Both the position numbers and the translations under genes were made by a program. A stretch of DNA of 64,000 nucleotides from a virus: positions 32,001 through 96,000 of the IMG/VR virus record IMGVR_UViG_3300032323_001119; one strand, given 5' to 3'. Of this stretch, positions 17,893-27,353 are shown in pieces (positions within the stretch are counted from its first letter, which is position 1; each line of letters starts with the position of its first letter). Under the pieces are notes generated by a model. It was not told the origin of the DNA. It made no database searches and saw only the letters and a list, made by a program, of their open reading frames with translations.

Positions 17893-18516
17893 CTAGTAGC
17901 TAATCATATCAAATATGAAAGCTGCTCGTATGCTTGAATTGTCTATAGAGTGTATCGTGCCCTTTGGCATAAAAAGAATATCATTTTTTTCCATTAAATA
18001 CTCTTTGTGCTCTCTACCTGTAACATCTATAGGGCTACCATATGGGTCATTTTCGTCTGATTCATGAATAACATATCTTGCATTACCTAAAACTTGCGTT
18101 AGTAAAACGTGGTGAGGGTCTCTGTGTGGATCTAGCTGTGGAGTATTTTCTGTCATGTTTACAGCAAGCTTTAAATGGGTATGGAAATCGTCAGAGATGT
18201 TAGACAATTCCTGATGAATAGCAAATACTTGATTGTATTTTATTGGATCTAGTCCATTATTTCTTTCTAGCAAATCCGTGCAATGAAATGTTAGACCGTG
18301 TTTTGCAGCCTGCATTAGGCTTGTAAATTTTTTTTCTTTGTCATTAAATAGCATTGAGGAGTTTTTATAGCTGTCTCTATGTTCATCTGACAACAAAAAA
18401 TTGTAAGATATGCTTAAAGTCTTTATTGCATCTTCCCAATCAAAATTATAATCTAAGCAGGACTTTATAAATACAGGCTTTCCAGTTTTAATTGAATTTT
18501 TAATTTCATCTATCAT
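17893..18516 (-). CDS. JmjC/cupin-type 2OG-dependent oxygenase
   Basis: PHRDPHHVLLTQVLG...DILFMPKGTIHS; start moved to MIDEI. Confidence 0.8.
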   Translation of the reverse strand: MIDEIKNSIKTGKPVFIKSCLDYNFDWEDAIKTLSISYNFLLSDEHRDSYKNSSMLFNDKEKKFTSLMQAAKHGLTFHCTDLLERNNGLDPIKYNQVFAIHQELSNISDDFHTHLKLAVNMTENTPQLDPHRDPHHVLLTQVLGNARYVIHESDENDPYGSPIDVTGREHKEYLMEKNDILFMPKGTIHSIDNSSIRAAFIFDMISY

Positions 18517-18520
18517 ATAC

Positions 18521-18709
18521 TTAGCTCCTGTGGTCTGTCTTATAAAATCCGTTACCCTTAAATTGTATTCCAAATGAACTAAAATGTCTAACCATATTTG
18601 ATTCACACTCTTGGCATAAGTAGCCTGGGTCATCTTCTGATATTGATCGTGTTACTGAAAGTAGCGCATGGGCATCGTCTTGGCTACACTTGTATTCATA
18701 TACTGGCAT
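18521..18709 (-). CDS. FmdB-family zinc-ribbon protein
   Basis: MPVYEYKC...CQEC...FKGNGFYKTD. Confidence 0.9.
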   Translation of the reverse strand: MPVYEYKCSQDDAHALLSVTRSISEDDPGYLCQECESNMVRHFSSFGIQFKGNGFYKTDHRS

Positions 18710-18727
18710 CTTAATCCTTTTGTTTAA

Positions 18728-18755
18728 TGAGCAGTTTAAAGAGATGCTCAGCTCT
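18728..18755 (-). other. predicted H-type RNA pseudoknot 3' of hsp20
   Basis: Minus strand AGAG-C-UGAGCA-U-CUCU-UUAAAC-UGCUCA. Confidence 0.5.
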
Positions 18756-18800
18756 ATTCTGTTAACTTCCTACGCTATTAGCGCCCACCCACTAACAGAA

Positions 18801-19220
18801 TTATTTAATTTTAATTGTTTTAGGCTTCTTTTCTTCTGGAATAATTCTGTCTACATTAACATGAAGCATTCCATCCTCAATAGTTGCCCCAGTAACTTCC
18901 ATGTATTCACCCAAAGCAAATGTTCGAGTAAATTTACGTGCAGCTATACCTTTGTGCAGATATTCGCCGTCTGTTACCTCAGTTATTTCACCCTTGACAA
19001 TAAGTGTACCATTTTCTACTGATACGTCAATATCGTCTTTTGTAAAACCTGCTACTGCTATTGATACCTGAAAGGTATCTTCGTCTAGCTTCAATACGTC
19101 ATACGGAGGGTATGTCTGTCTTGTGGCTGCTTGATGTACTGTAGCCATTCTTTCAAGTTCACGATTAAAGCCAATAAAAAATGGATCTCTAAAAAGATCC
19201 ATAGCAAACTGTGTTACCAT
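18801..19220 (-). CDS. small heat-shock protein (Hsp20/IbpA-like)
   Basis: YPPYD...AVAGF...YLHKGIAARKFTRTFAL...DGML...IPEEKKPKTI. Confidence 0.95.
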   Translation of the reverse strand: MVTQFAMDLFRDPFFIGFNRELERMATVHQAATRQTYPPYDVLKLDEDTFQVSIAVAGFTKDDIDVSVENGTLIVKGEITEVTDGEYLHKGIAARKFTRTFALGEYMEVTGATIEDGMLHVNVDRIIPEEKKPKTIKIK

Positions 19221-19307
19221 TTTGTGCTCCTTTTAAGCGAGTTAAATTAGTACCCCCATTTGGCAGGTACTAACCTATTATATCATTTGGTTGATTAGAA
19301 CTGCAAG

Positions 19308-19715
19308 CTACTTTTTATTGCTTGATCTTGCTTTTGCAAGCACTGAAAAGTCTTTAACCTTAGTATCTCCTAGGTATCCCCAGGCATAACCTTCGTCTAT
19401 CATTTTCTGGTTTATAGATTTATCTGCACCATCTAAAAAAACCCATCCAAGTATTCGGCCATATTTTTCTGAGGAGTCTATTTTTTCCGTTTTGATTACA
19501 ATAGTTTTTGCGGAATCAATTGCATTTTTTAAATAAGCTTTAGATTCTAGACCTAATGCCTTTTCTGCTTTATTTGTTGTTCTGCTTTCTGGCGTATCTA
19601 TACCAGCAAGCCTAACTCTGGAGCTAAATGAGATATCAAATCCTAAATCTATATCTACATCTATAGTGTCCCCATCAACTACCTTACTAACTTTTTTGAC
19701 GTAATATTCAAACAT
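19308..19715 (-). CDS. thermonuclease (SNase-like)
   Basis: VVDGDTI, RVRLAGIDTPE, KYGRILG. Confidence 0.9.
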   Translation of the reverse strand: MFEYYVKKVSKVVDGDTIDVDIDLGFDISFSSRVRLAGIDTPESRTTNKAEKALGLESKAYLKNAIDSAKTIVIKTEKIDSSEKYGRILGWVFLDGADKSINQKMIDEGYAWGYLGDTKVKDFSVLAKARSSNKK

Positions 19716-20758
19716 TATATTCTGTTACCTGACTCTCTTAAAGATTGTGGAGATACCTCTATATATTCAAGTGACGACTGCAACTCTTTTATATTGCCCG
19801 CGCCTGAATATGTAAAAGCACTTTTTGTATTATTAAGTATATTCCATAGTCCTTCAAATGCTGGGCCCCTAGACTCTATTTCTCCAGCAACACCTTCAAA
19901 ATTAAATATAGGATTTTTAATCCCAGACAAACCTTCTTCTTTTGCAGCAAACTCTTTTGATCCAAGACCTATGAGTGAGTACTTGCCATTCTCAGAACTA
20001 CACTCATCGTGTCCTGCCAACATATACCCTAGCATTACAGCACTTGCACCTGCGCCTAAAGCTTTTACTATATCACCAGATGTTTTTATGCCACCATCTG
20101 CAATAATTCCATTGACGCTGTCTTCTTTTACCATTTCGTATATATTCATAATAGATGATAATGTAGGAGCTCCGAATCCAGTCATTATTCTAGTCGTGCA
20201 TGCTGCTCCACCCCCGATACCAACCCTAACCGAGTCACATCCAGCATCCATTAACATCTTATAGGCACCATATGAAGATACGTTGCCACACATTATATGT
20301 GTTGATTTAGGAACAGATTTTCTTAAATGAGATACTGCATCTGCAACCAGCTTCAAGTGCCCATTTGCAACATCAAGAAGTATTATCTTAATATTGTTTT
20401 TAACAATTTTATTTACTGAATCTTGATCGTAAACATCTTTTATTTTTATAGTTACTGCAACTCTACTAGGATTTACCTCTAATGATTTTTGAATTTTTTC
20501 TTCTAGACTGTAAGTCCTAACTGTTGTCCCAATGCACCCAGATGTTACCAGTATGGAAAGCATCTCCTTAGAGGAAATGCTTTCCATAGGTGCTGAAATT
20601 ATAGGGGACTCAAACTCTATAATTGCATCTGGATTATTTGGATTACCTATTTTAGTAGTAAGATCAATATGATGTCTACTTAAAAGAGGGGATGAGTCAT
20701 TTGGAACTAAGAGTATGTCATCAAAACACAATCCGTTTATGGAAGTATTTTTTTTCAC
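19715..20758 (-). CDS. IMP dehydrogenase/GMP reductase family, no CBS domains
   Basis: LCFDDILLVP, SAPM, DVANGH, GNV, VGIGGGAACTTR (catalytic Cys), IADGG, EGV. Confidence 0.9.
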   Translation of the reverse strand: MKKNTSINGLCFDDILLVPNDSSPLLSRHHIDLTTKIGNPNNPDAIIEFESPIISAPMESISSKEMLSILVTSGCIGTTVRTYSLEEKIQKSLEVNPSRVAVTIKIKDVYDQDSVNKIVKNNIKIILLDVANGHLKLVADAVSHLRKSVPKSTHIMCGNVSSYGAYKMLMDAGCDSVRVGIGGGAACTTRIMTGFGAPTLSSIMNIYEMVKEDSVNGIIADGGIKTSGDIVKALGAGASAVMLGYMLAGHDECSSENGKYSLIGLGSKEFAAKEEGLSGIKNPIFNFEGVAGEIESRGPAFEGLWNILNNTKSAFTYSGAGNIKELQSSLEYIEVSPQSLRESGNRI

Positions 20759-20762
20759 AGAC

Positions 20763-21365
20763 TTATTTCTTTTTGGCTGTTGGTTTTGCTTCTGTCTTTA
20801 CTGCAGCTTTTTTAACTGCTGGCTTATCTGACTTTGGCTTAACTGCTTGACCGAATGCTGGTCTTCCAAATCCTACAATAAATACTGGCTGCGACTTACG
20901 AAGCTTTGAGCCGTTCTTCTTTTTGTATGCACGATTCTTTAGGCATGCCTCTCCACCATTTCTCTGATCTCCCTTTTTATCTGGGCTGGTGTTTCCTTCT
21001 GCAACATCGACTGTTCCATCTGTATTAACTGCAGTTACAATTCCTACGTGAGAAATTCTGTCGACCCCATCATTTGGAAAATCAAAATAGACAATGTCTC
21101 CGACTGCAGGTGCTGCTGTCTCTACTGGTTGCCATGTTCCTGCTTTAATAAATGCTTGTGCTCCTGCTGGAGTGTAAACTGTATTGGGGACTTTTACGCC
21201 AGCTTCATTGGCGCACCACATAACAAACGATCCACACCAAGGCTGGAAATTAGCTTTTGTAAACTTTCCATACTTTGTTTCATTATCTTTTGGACCCTCT
21301 ATGTATCCAATTTCGCCTAATGCTACTTCTACTAATCTTGCTGCTGATCCTTGTACTGCTGCCAT
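20763..21365 (-). CDS. endolysin, CHAP amidase
   Basis: PWCGSFVMW, SHVGIV, EGNT; Lys/Ala-rich tail. Confidence 0.88.
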   Translation of the reverse strand: MAAVQGSAARLVEVALGEIGYIEGPKDNETKYGKFTKANFQPWCGSFVMWCANEAGVKVPNTVYTPAGAQAFIKAGTWQPVETAAPAVGDIVYFDFPNDGVDRISHVGIVTAVNTDGTVDVAEGNTSPDKKGDQRNGGEACLKNRAYKKKNGSKLRKSQPVFIVGFGRPAFGQAVKPKSDKPAVKKAAVKTEAKPTAKKK

Positions 21366-21430
21366 TTTATTTCTCCTTAATTATTGGTTGATTACATTAT
21401 TAGTATACCATTTTTTATTACATAAATGCT

Positions 21431-21506
21431 TGGTGCCCCTGAAAGGAATCGAACCTCCGACACGCAGGGTAGAAACCTGCTGCTCTATCCACTGAGCTAC
21501 AAAGGC
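21431..21506 (-). tRNA. tRNA-Arg(TCT)
   Basis: GCAGG-TTTCTAC-CCTGC anticodon arm; CCA encoded. Confidence 0.9.
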
Positions 21507-21510
21507 TTAG

Positions 21511-21584
21511 TGTGCCAGGTAGGACTTGAACCTACGATTACCGAATTATGAGTTCGGGGCTTTAACCAACTAAGCTACTGGCAC
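21511..21584 (-). tRNA. tRNA with CAT anticodon (elongator Met or Ile2)
   Basis: GTGCCAG/CTGGCAC acceptor, CCGAA-CTCATAA-TTCGG; no initiator features. Confidence 0.85.
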
Positions 21585-21604
21585 CTAAGCTTAATTTTAC
21601 TATA

Positions 21605-21841
21605 TTAATTATCAGTGTCAATAGCGGAAGCCACTATATCCTGAACATATTCAGAAAAATGCTTTCTTATGCTTCCAGCTGGCCTAGATCCGTAAGATTC
21701 CCAAATTCTTTTATACTCTATAACATTGTCATATGTTGTTGGACATAAAACAATATCGTTATATTTTTTTAATGTGGTTGGAAGCGGAACGTGCTTGGTA
21801 CAGCATTTACATTCCTTTGCTCTTGCTTGATATTCACTCAT
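21605..21841 (-). CDS. Zn-binding hypothetical protein
   Basis: CKCC...LCPT; ATGA overlap with the terminase gene. Confidence 0.75.
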   Translation of the reverse strand: MSEYQARAKECKCCTKHVPLPTTLKKYNDIVLCPTTYDNVIEYKRIWESYGSRPAGSIRKHFSEYVQDIVASAIDTDN

Positions 21842-23643
21842 ATTATCTCCATACTTTCTATAGATCTAGCTAAACTTTCTGGCATTCTTGGTGCACGAAT
21901 CATGTTTTGGACATACTCTACTTCACCGTCGTTTCTGTTGGCAAAATCGTTATCGTAACTCATTGATTCGTAATCATGAATCTTTATTTCTTCATCCCTT
22001 TTTATTCTACTTCTGCTTATAGCATTATATATAGCCCCACATACAGCGTCAGCTAAATCTTTAGAGCCTTTTCTTGGGTGATCTACTTTATCTCTCATAA
22101 TTCTTAATTGAAGTAATTCGTCTATAAGCAAGGGTATGTGTGGACCAGATAATCTTTCTTCTAGTACAACCATAGCCATGTCGTCATAATGTTTTTTTGC
22201 AACAGAAAGGATTTCTGTATTAATGCCATATGTTTTTAGTTGCTGCATCATATCGTGAGAATTCCATCTGTCAAATGTACAGACTTTTATGTTGAACCCC
22301 CTAGTTTTTAAAGAAAGGATATAGTCTTTTACTTCTGTAAAGTCTACAGACTTATCTGGTGTTGGCGTCCAAAATCTAACTGCATCAATTTCTACAATAG
22401 GTGCTGGCTGGTTATATGTATCTGTCACCTTTATGTCAACCCATTTATTTACATGTCCCATTGCTACTGCACAATGATCATGCTTTTGAGCTAAGTCTAC
22501 ATGTATAAAGTAATCTTTTCCTTCTTCTGGCTTAAACCATTCCTCAAGCCTTCCAAAATTATCTACTGCTAGGTGAGCTTTATTAAATGCCTTTTCAATT
22601 TTTTCTCTAGACTTAAAAAATGCATCAACTGCATCTGATGGCATGCATGCAAATCTTCCTAGTGCGTCCGCTGGATTTTTATGAAATGCAACAGTAAAAT
22701 CTGTTATTTTTTTGGTAGGATTAACTTCCCACGTTGGTCTTTTTAAAGCAAACACTCTTGGATAAACGTAAGAAACTATATGATCCTCTTCCCATGAAAC
22801 CTCAAACTCATTGCCCTCTGTACCGTCTGGAAGATCTTGGTCTAGCTTTAATATTTCTGTTCTAATTATTGTTTCTTTTTCTGCTATCACAGACTGATAA
22901 AATTTTTGTATAGGGTCATTTTTAAAACGAGGGAAGGAAAGCAGTATCACCTTACCGAAATCTGGAAAACGAGAATCTACAGATGCACGATACATATCGT
23001 ATATGGCATCTGCTGTTTTTGCTTGGTCATGGCCGCTTGTATTCTCTGTTGCAAATCCAGAAATTTCATCAAGGATAACTACAAGAACGTTGTAACCTTC
23101 CCAAGCTTCTCTTTCAGAGTGACCTGAATGAACGGTTATTGATTTATCAAATTTAATCTCTGATGCTTTATCTGTATATTTTCCAGCAAACCATGGAGAC
23201 GACTCAATACGCATCTTAAATCCTTTAAAGAAAACATTGTTTGCCTGCTGTGCGTTAATTGCAATATTAAGTATGTCTATTGCATCTCTTGGTGGCTTAC
23301 CATAATATGCTGCTGGATCTTTTAAGCACAGCAATAAATAAACAATGTATGCTACGGCAATAGTAGAAGAGTAATCTTTGCCAGAACCTTTTCCTAGCTG
23401 AGCAATAACCTCGACACAAGTTTGCCTAAACATCTGCTTTCCAAGATCTTCTCCGTAAAGTTTTATCAAAGTAGATTCTTTATATATCTGAGAACTTCTT
23501 GCAATTAAAGTGTACTGATTTTCAGACAGTGGGGGTAGGCCTAAATAGTCTGGGCTTGTAACAAAAGTTTTAAGGTCTACTGGCCTTTCTTCAAACTCTT
23601 CCCCGTCAAGAATCTCTATAAAATCAGAAAAATCAAACGCCAT
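21838..23643 (-). CDS. terminase large subunit
   Basis: Walker A LGKGSGKD, Walker B VILDE, nuclease HVDLA...FDRWNS...KDLADA. Confidence 0.92.
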   Translation of the reverse strand: MAFDFSDFIEILDGEEFEERPVDLKTFVTSPDYLGLPPLSENQYTLIARSSQIYKESTLIKLYGEDLGKQMFRQTCVEVIAQLGKGSGKDYSSTIAVAYIVYLLLCLKDPAAYYGKPPRDAIDILNIAINAQQANNVFFKGFKMRIESSPWFAGKYTDKASEIKFDKSITVHSGHSEREAWEGYNVLVVILDEISGFATENTSGHDQAKTADAIYDMYRASVDSRFPDFGKVILLSFPRFKNDPIQKFYQSVIAEKETIIRTEILKLDQDLPDGTEGNEFEVSWEEDHIVSYVYPRVFALKRPTWEVNPTKKITDFTVAFHKNPADALGRFACMPSDAVDAFFKSREKIEKAFNKAHLAVDNFGRLEEWFKPEEGKDYFIHVDLAQKHDHCAVAMGHVNKWVDIKVTDTYNQPAPIVEIDAVRFWTPTPDKSVDFTEVKDYILSLKTRGFNIKVCTFDRWNSHDMMQQLKTYGINTEILSVAKKHYDDMAMVVLEERLSGPHIPLLIDELLQLRIMRDKVDHPRKGSKDLADAVCGAIYNAISRSRIKRDEEIKIHDYESMSYDNDFANRNDGEVEYVQNMIRAPRMPESLARSIESMEII

Positions 23644-24172
23644 GCGACTCTTCAATTATTGTTATAGGCTCTACTATCCCAGTTATTTGAGACAGGCGTT
23701 TTGCCACTTCTATTTTGCAATGACTGCAGCTTGACGTTACTTCTTTTAATATGCCGACAAGCATCTCTTGCTTTCTTTCTGTTTCTAAAATCTGAGAAGC
23801 CATCTCATTGTTTTCTAAAACACCAACAGATTGAAGCATAGCTATTCTTTTATTTTCTATGTCCGCAATCAACTTTAATGTGCCAGACTTTACATTTAAT
23901 TGGCCTTGCGTGTCTGCATCTTCTACAGTCTTCCAGGCCTCTTTAATTAGCATATCGTAATGTTGATCTGCACCCATTAGTGCTTCTTTGGCTCTGTCTC
24001 TAACATTAGTGTCGTTATGGACTACAGACTTCCACTCATCAATATATTCAAGTACTTCTTTGCGAGTAAATCCAGTAAGGGTGGCTATTTGTGTTGCTGA
24101 GCTTCCCTTGAGTAGCTCTGAAACAACCCTATTCATCTTGTCAAAGTGTACTGAAGGCTCTATTTCGGTCAT
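23633..24172 (-). CDS. putative terminase small subunit (N-terminal HTH)
   Basis: GSSATQIATLTGFTRKEV HTH plus helical body, directly upstream of terL. Confidence 0.6.
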   Translation of the reverse strand: MTEIEPSVHFDKMNRVVSELLKGSSATQIATLTGFTRKEVLEYIDEWKSVVHNDTNVRDRAKEALMGADQHYDMLIKEAWKTVEDADTQGQLNVKSGTLKLIADIENKRIAMLQSVGVLENNEMASQILETERKQEMLVGILKEVTSSCSHCKIEVAKRLSQITGIVEPITIIEESHGV

Positions 24173-24178
24173 TTATTA

Positions 24179-24207
24179 AGTATACTTCTAGTTGACTAAA
24201 ATGTCAA
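24179..24207 (-). promoter_or_regulatory. SigA-type leaderless promoter of terS
   Basis: TTGACA-17-TATACT, 6 nt before the ATG. Confidence 0.8.
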
Positions 24208-24354
24208 TTAACGCTTTACTTTTATGCCAAATTTTTCTATATATCTTTGTATTGTCATGGCAGATACACCGCACTCTTTTGATATGTCAACAATATTTTT
24301 TTTCTGAATTATATATCTATTGTAAAGCCAAGCCTTATCCTGATACAATTTCAT
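24208..24354 (-). CDS. small HTH DNA-binding protein (48 aa)
   Basis: Hand translation MKLYQDKAWLYNRYIIQKKNIVDISKECGVSAMTIQRYIEKFGIKVKR*. Confidence 0.75.
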   Translation of the reverse strand: MKLYQDKAWLYNRYIIQKKNIVDISKECGVSAMTIQRYIEKFGIKVKR

Positions 24355-24917
24355 CTTTTAGTAAGCTCCTTATTGGCATAATGTGCGATCCCAAATGAAT
24401 CAGCTACATCAAAATCTTCTATAGATAAATTATACTTTGAATTAAAATAGTTTGCAGTTCTTTGCTTCCTCATATTTCTTATCTGGTTCTTGTACCATGA
24501 GTCTGCATACCCTGGATTAGCTAATCTTATTCCCGCTTTTTCTTCTTTTGTAGGATTTTTATTTCCTATATATGCCTGCCATGAAGTTGGAGATATTGTT
24601 ATAACCTTTGCACCAGTTGACATAAGCTCTGCAATTACAACTCCATATACATAAGAAAGCTTTATGACGGCATCTGCTGATCTTACTAAAACTGCACCTT
24701 CAACTGCAATATAGTCCGCTTGTAATTCATCTAGCATAACGCTCATCTTTATTTTTGCATCATATATTTTTTCGTATATGTCGTTACCAGATAAATTTAT
24801 TTTGCCCCATTTTAAAGGAATGTCATTTTCCATCAAACAAAACGCAATAGAGCTTGTAGATGCGTCTATGCCAAGAACTCTGGATGCTTTAGTTTTTACC
24901 AGACTAGCCAATGTCAT
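24351..24917 (-). CDS. RuvC-like Holliday junction resolvase
   Basis: VLGIDAS, IAVE, SPTSW, DVADS. Confidence 0.85.
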   Translation of the reverse strand: MTLASLVKTKASRVLGIDASTSSIAFCLMENDIPLKWGKINLSGNDIYEKIYDAKIKMSVMLDELQADYIAVEGAVLVRSADAVIKLSYVYGVVIAELMSTGAKVITISPTSWQAYIGNKNPTKEEKAGIRLANPGYADSWYKNQIRNMRKQRTANYFNSKYNLSIEDFDVADSFGIAHYANKELTKR

Positions 24918-25182
24918 CGACTATTCCCATCAATGTATTTTTATTTTTGTTGTGCTTAGACTTTATGCATTTAGCGCAGTACAATTCTGAATTATATCTG
25001 CTTAAAAATCCTGGGCAGCCTTTGCATTTTCTGGGAGCTCCATTTTTGATTGCTTTTTTTTCATAATATTTTTCCATTATTCTTTTATTTGTTGCAACCC
25101 TGCAGCACTCGTCAGAACAATATTTTTGATTATGAGTCTTTGACTCAAAGTTTTTAGCGCACTCAGAATTTAAACAAATCAT
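24904..25182 (-). CDS. Zn-finger hypothetical protein
   Basis: C...C...KYCSDEC and CKGC...CAKC. Confidence 0.75.
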   Translation of the reverse strand: MICLNSECAKNFESKTHNQKYCSDECCRVATNKRIMEKYYEKKAIKNGAPRKCKGCPGFLSRYNSELYCAKCIKSKHNKNKNTLMGIVDDIG

Positions 25183-25970
25183 TACTTCACAACCTTCATT
25201 AAATCAATTTCTATTGTGCCAGGATTAGAGCCTTTTGCCCAGCATTCTTTTTTGACTGGACAATATGTGCAAGGTAGCTTATATTTGGTAGCGCCTTCTG
25301 GTCGTTTTGGAAGATCTCCCTCTATAAAGTTGTCCCACACATCCCTCATCCACTGAAATGCGTCTTCAATTATCTTTTTATTTTTATCATTCATAGAAAT
25401 TGGAATGATCAATATCTCTTGAGTATTTTTATTTTCATACAAGAAGAAGCCTTCTTTAGCATTCTTTAGCTTCATGTATGTGAGCAACTGAAGCATATGG
25501 TTAGGAGAAGACTTCATCTCTGCCTGCCTAGTATCCCATACCTCTTGCTTGGCTGTTTTAATTTCACCAATGACTGTCTCACCATCATACTCCATGATCA
25601 AGTCTATAAAGCCACGGATTGGAGGGTATTCGTTTATAATTTCTTCTTCTTCTGCCCGCCACTCTGGCATAGTCTTAATTAGGTTCTGTAGCCTCTCATG
25701 AGCTTGTGTTCCCTGAGCCATATTGGCTACAGCAACAGCATCGTTGTCATCAATAAACACTGCACCAGTAAATGCCATATACCAATATCTTGGACAGGTT
25801 CCGTGACCATAACCTAGAGAGCTTGGACTAAAAGATTTTTTAGTGGTGTCTCCATCTGGACGTTTTGTATTTCTATAAGACTCATCAAGCAGTTGTGCAA
25901 ATCTTTCTGGGTCAAAGAAGTTGCCAGTATGTTTTTTAAACTTAAGGTTCTTTACAATATCTCTAGCCAC
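25182..25970 (-). CDS. Cas4-like PD-(D/E)xK exonuclease
   Basis: SPSS...CPR, GFID...EIKT, QLLTY, CTYCPVKKEC. Confidence 0.85.
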   Translation of the reverse strand: MARDIVKNLKFKKHTGNFFDPERFAQLLDESYRNTKRPDGDTTKKSFSPSSLGYGHGTCPRYWYMAFTGAVFIDDNDAVAVANMAQGTQAHERLQNLIKTMPEWRAEEEEIINEYPPIRGFIDLIMEYDGETVIGEIKTAKQEVWDTRQAEMKSSPNHMLQLLTYMKLKNAKEGFFLYENKNTQEILIIPISMNDKNKKIIEDAFQWMRDVWDNFIEGDLPKRPEGATKYKLPCTYCPVKKECWAKGSNPGTIEIDLMKVVK

Positions 25971-26309
25971 TTATGAATTATACCTAACGACATATTTAAG
26001 TGCATCTACGAGTTTGTCTATGGACTCCTTAACTGAGTAATAAATATTCTTCTTGTTATTATTAACTGTACCAGCCTTGTCTTTAGCAATTGTTGAATAT
26101 ACTGACGCAAGCACAGCAAATTTTGTAGACATGGCCTGAAGCTCCATAATTAAATGTGGAGCTTTTGCAGACGGAACATCAGGATTCATTAGAATCTTTA
26201 CAACAATAGCAAGAGCTTTATCAAGATGCTCGTCATGCATGAATTCATGCAGATCATTAAACTCTGTGATATCACTAATTAGCTCTAAAGTGTTTTTATC
26301 TTCTGGCAT
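25971..26309 (-). CDS. hypothetical protein
   Basis: 112-aa helical ORF in the operon. Confidence 0.75.
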   Translation of the reverse strand: MPEDKNTLELISDITEFNDLHEFMHDEHLDKALAIVVKILMNPDVPSAKAPHLIMELQAMSTKFAVLASVYSTIAKDKAGTVNNNKKNIYYSVKESIDKLVDALKYVVRYNS

Positions 26310-26412
26310 CTTTAATCCTTCTATCTATCTTGTCTATAAACAGCCCTAGGCCATATCCTAGTGATACACCAATTAAAAATCCTAGAAAAAATGGGTAAAC
26401 GCTAGACATCAT
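26296..26412 (-). CDS. small single-TM protein (38 aa)
   Basis: Hand translation MMSSVYPFFLGFLIGVSLGYGLGLFIDKIDRRIKDARR*. Confidence 0.5.
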   Translation of the reverse strand: MMSSVYPFFLGFLIGVSLGYGLGLFIDKIDRRIKDARR

Positions 26413-26417
26413 AAATG

Positions 26418-27353
26418 CTACCCCTTCCAAGTTTCAACACTTTTAGGGAAAAAGGGTATTCCGTTGCCATGCATTCTTTCATGAACTGAAACCCCTGGAA
26501 GATAAACATCTTTTTGGTATAGCCCTAGCAGGTCTTCAGTTTCTCTAATTATTTCTTGCATTGCTTCCCATTGCTCTTTACCAAACTTTGCTTGACCCTC
26601 TTTGTATCTATCTGATCCAGAGTGGTACCATAACAAAAAGTTTCTAATAAGGTATTTATCTTTATTTTTTAATGGAAAAGCTGCATGAAAGAATGGTTTT
26701 GCAGACGGGAATATAATCATATCCCCCTTTTCTGGTTTATAGTTTACTATGGTGCTATCAAATTCGTTTAGGAAAGATATTTCTCCACCTTCATAATCAT
26801 CATTTAAATAAATTGTTCCAGTAATAATAGCCTTTGGTCCAGCTGCATCTTTTGAATTAAATGCATCTAGATGATATCCAATAGCAAGCTCAAGGCCTTC
26901 TATTTGGTGATCATGCCTTAAAAATTCAACTGATCCTTTTAACCAGCCCTCTTCTCCTTCGCTTCCACTAAACTTATCAAAATTTTCCCAGTCGCTTGCA
27001 AATTCTCCAAAGACATACTTCCAGTCGTCATGATATGTTGCATTTGGATTTATATACTTTTTAATTATATCGTCGTGAACCCATTCTGATATATAATCTT
27101 TGTAGCCAGAAATTAATGTGTCATTAACTGTGTTATACACCTCTAGATGCTTTTTTTCTTCTTCAGTTAAGTTATGATTCCCACTAAAATTCATTCTAGT
27201 TCTTGTGCCTAGCTCATACCATGGCTCCCACTCTAAAAATATATTAGATGTATTGAAGCTTTTAACTGATTCTAAAAGCCCATCTACATCTTCAAAAACG
27301 TTTTTATATAGATTAACAAAAGGTATGATTGTTTTTTTATTAGATAAGTTCAT
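26418..27353 (-). CDS. 2OG-Fe(II) oxygenase
   Basis: YHLD...YLNDDYEGGE...KPEKGD.IIFPS..FFHA. Confidence 0.88.
   Translation of the reverse strand: MNLSNKKTIIPFVNLYKNVFEDVDGLLESVKSFNTSNIFLEWEPWYELGTRTRMNFSGNHNLTEEEKKHLEVYNTVNDTLISGYKDYISEWVHDDIIKKYINPNATYHDDWKYVFGEFASDWENFDKFSGSEGEEGWLKGSVEFLRHDHQIEGLELAIGYHLDAFNSKDAAGPKAIITGTIYLNDDYEGGEISFLNEFDSTIVNYKPEKGDMIIFPSAKPFFHAAFPLKNKDKYLIRNFLLWYHSGSDRYKEGQAKFGKEQWEAMQEIIRETEDLLGLYQKDVYLPGVSVHERMHGNGIPFFPKSVETWKG

Noticed and set aside
1-21000. Accessory region as host chromosome flanking a prophage
   Set aside because: It has the same strand, gene density and promoter grammar as the structural region, phage-type genes are interspersed, and no integrase or att site was seen.
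25182-25970. Cas4-like gene as evidence of a CRISPR system
   Set aside because: No repeat-spacer array or other cas genes were seen; solo Cas4-like nucleases are usual in phage recombination modules.
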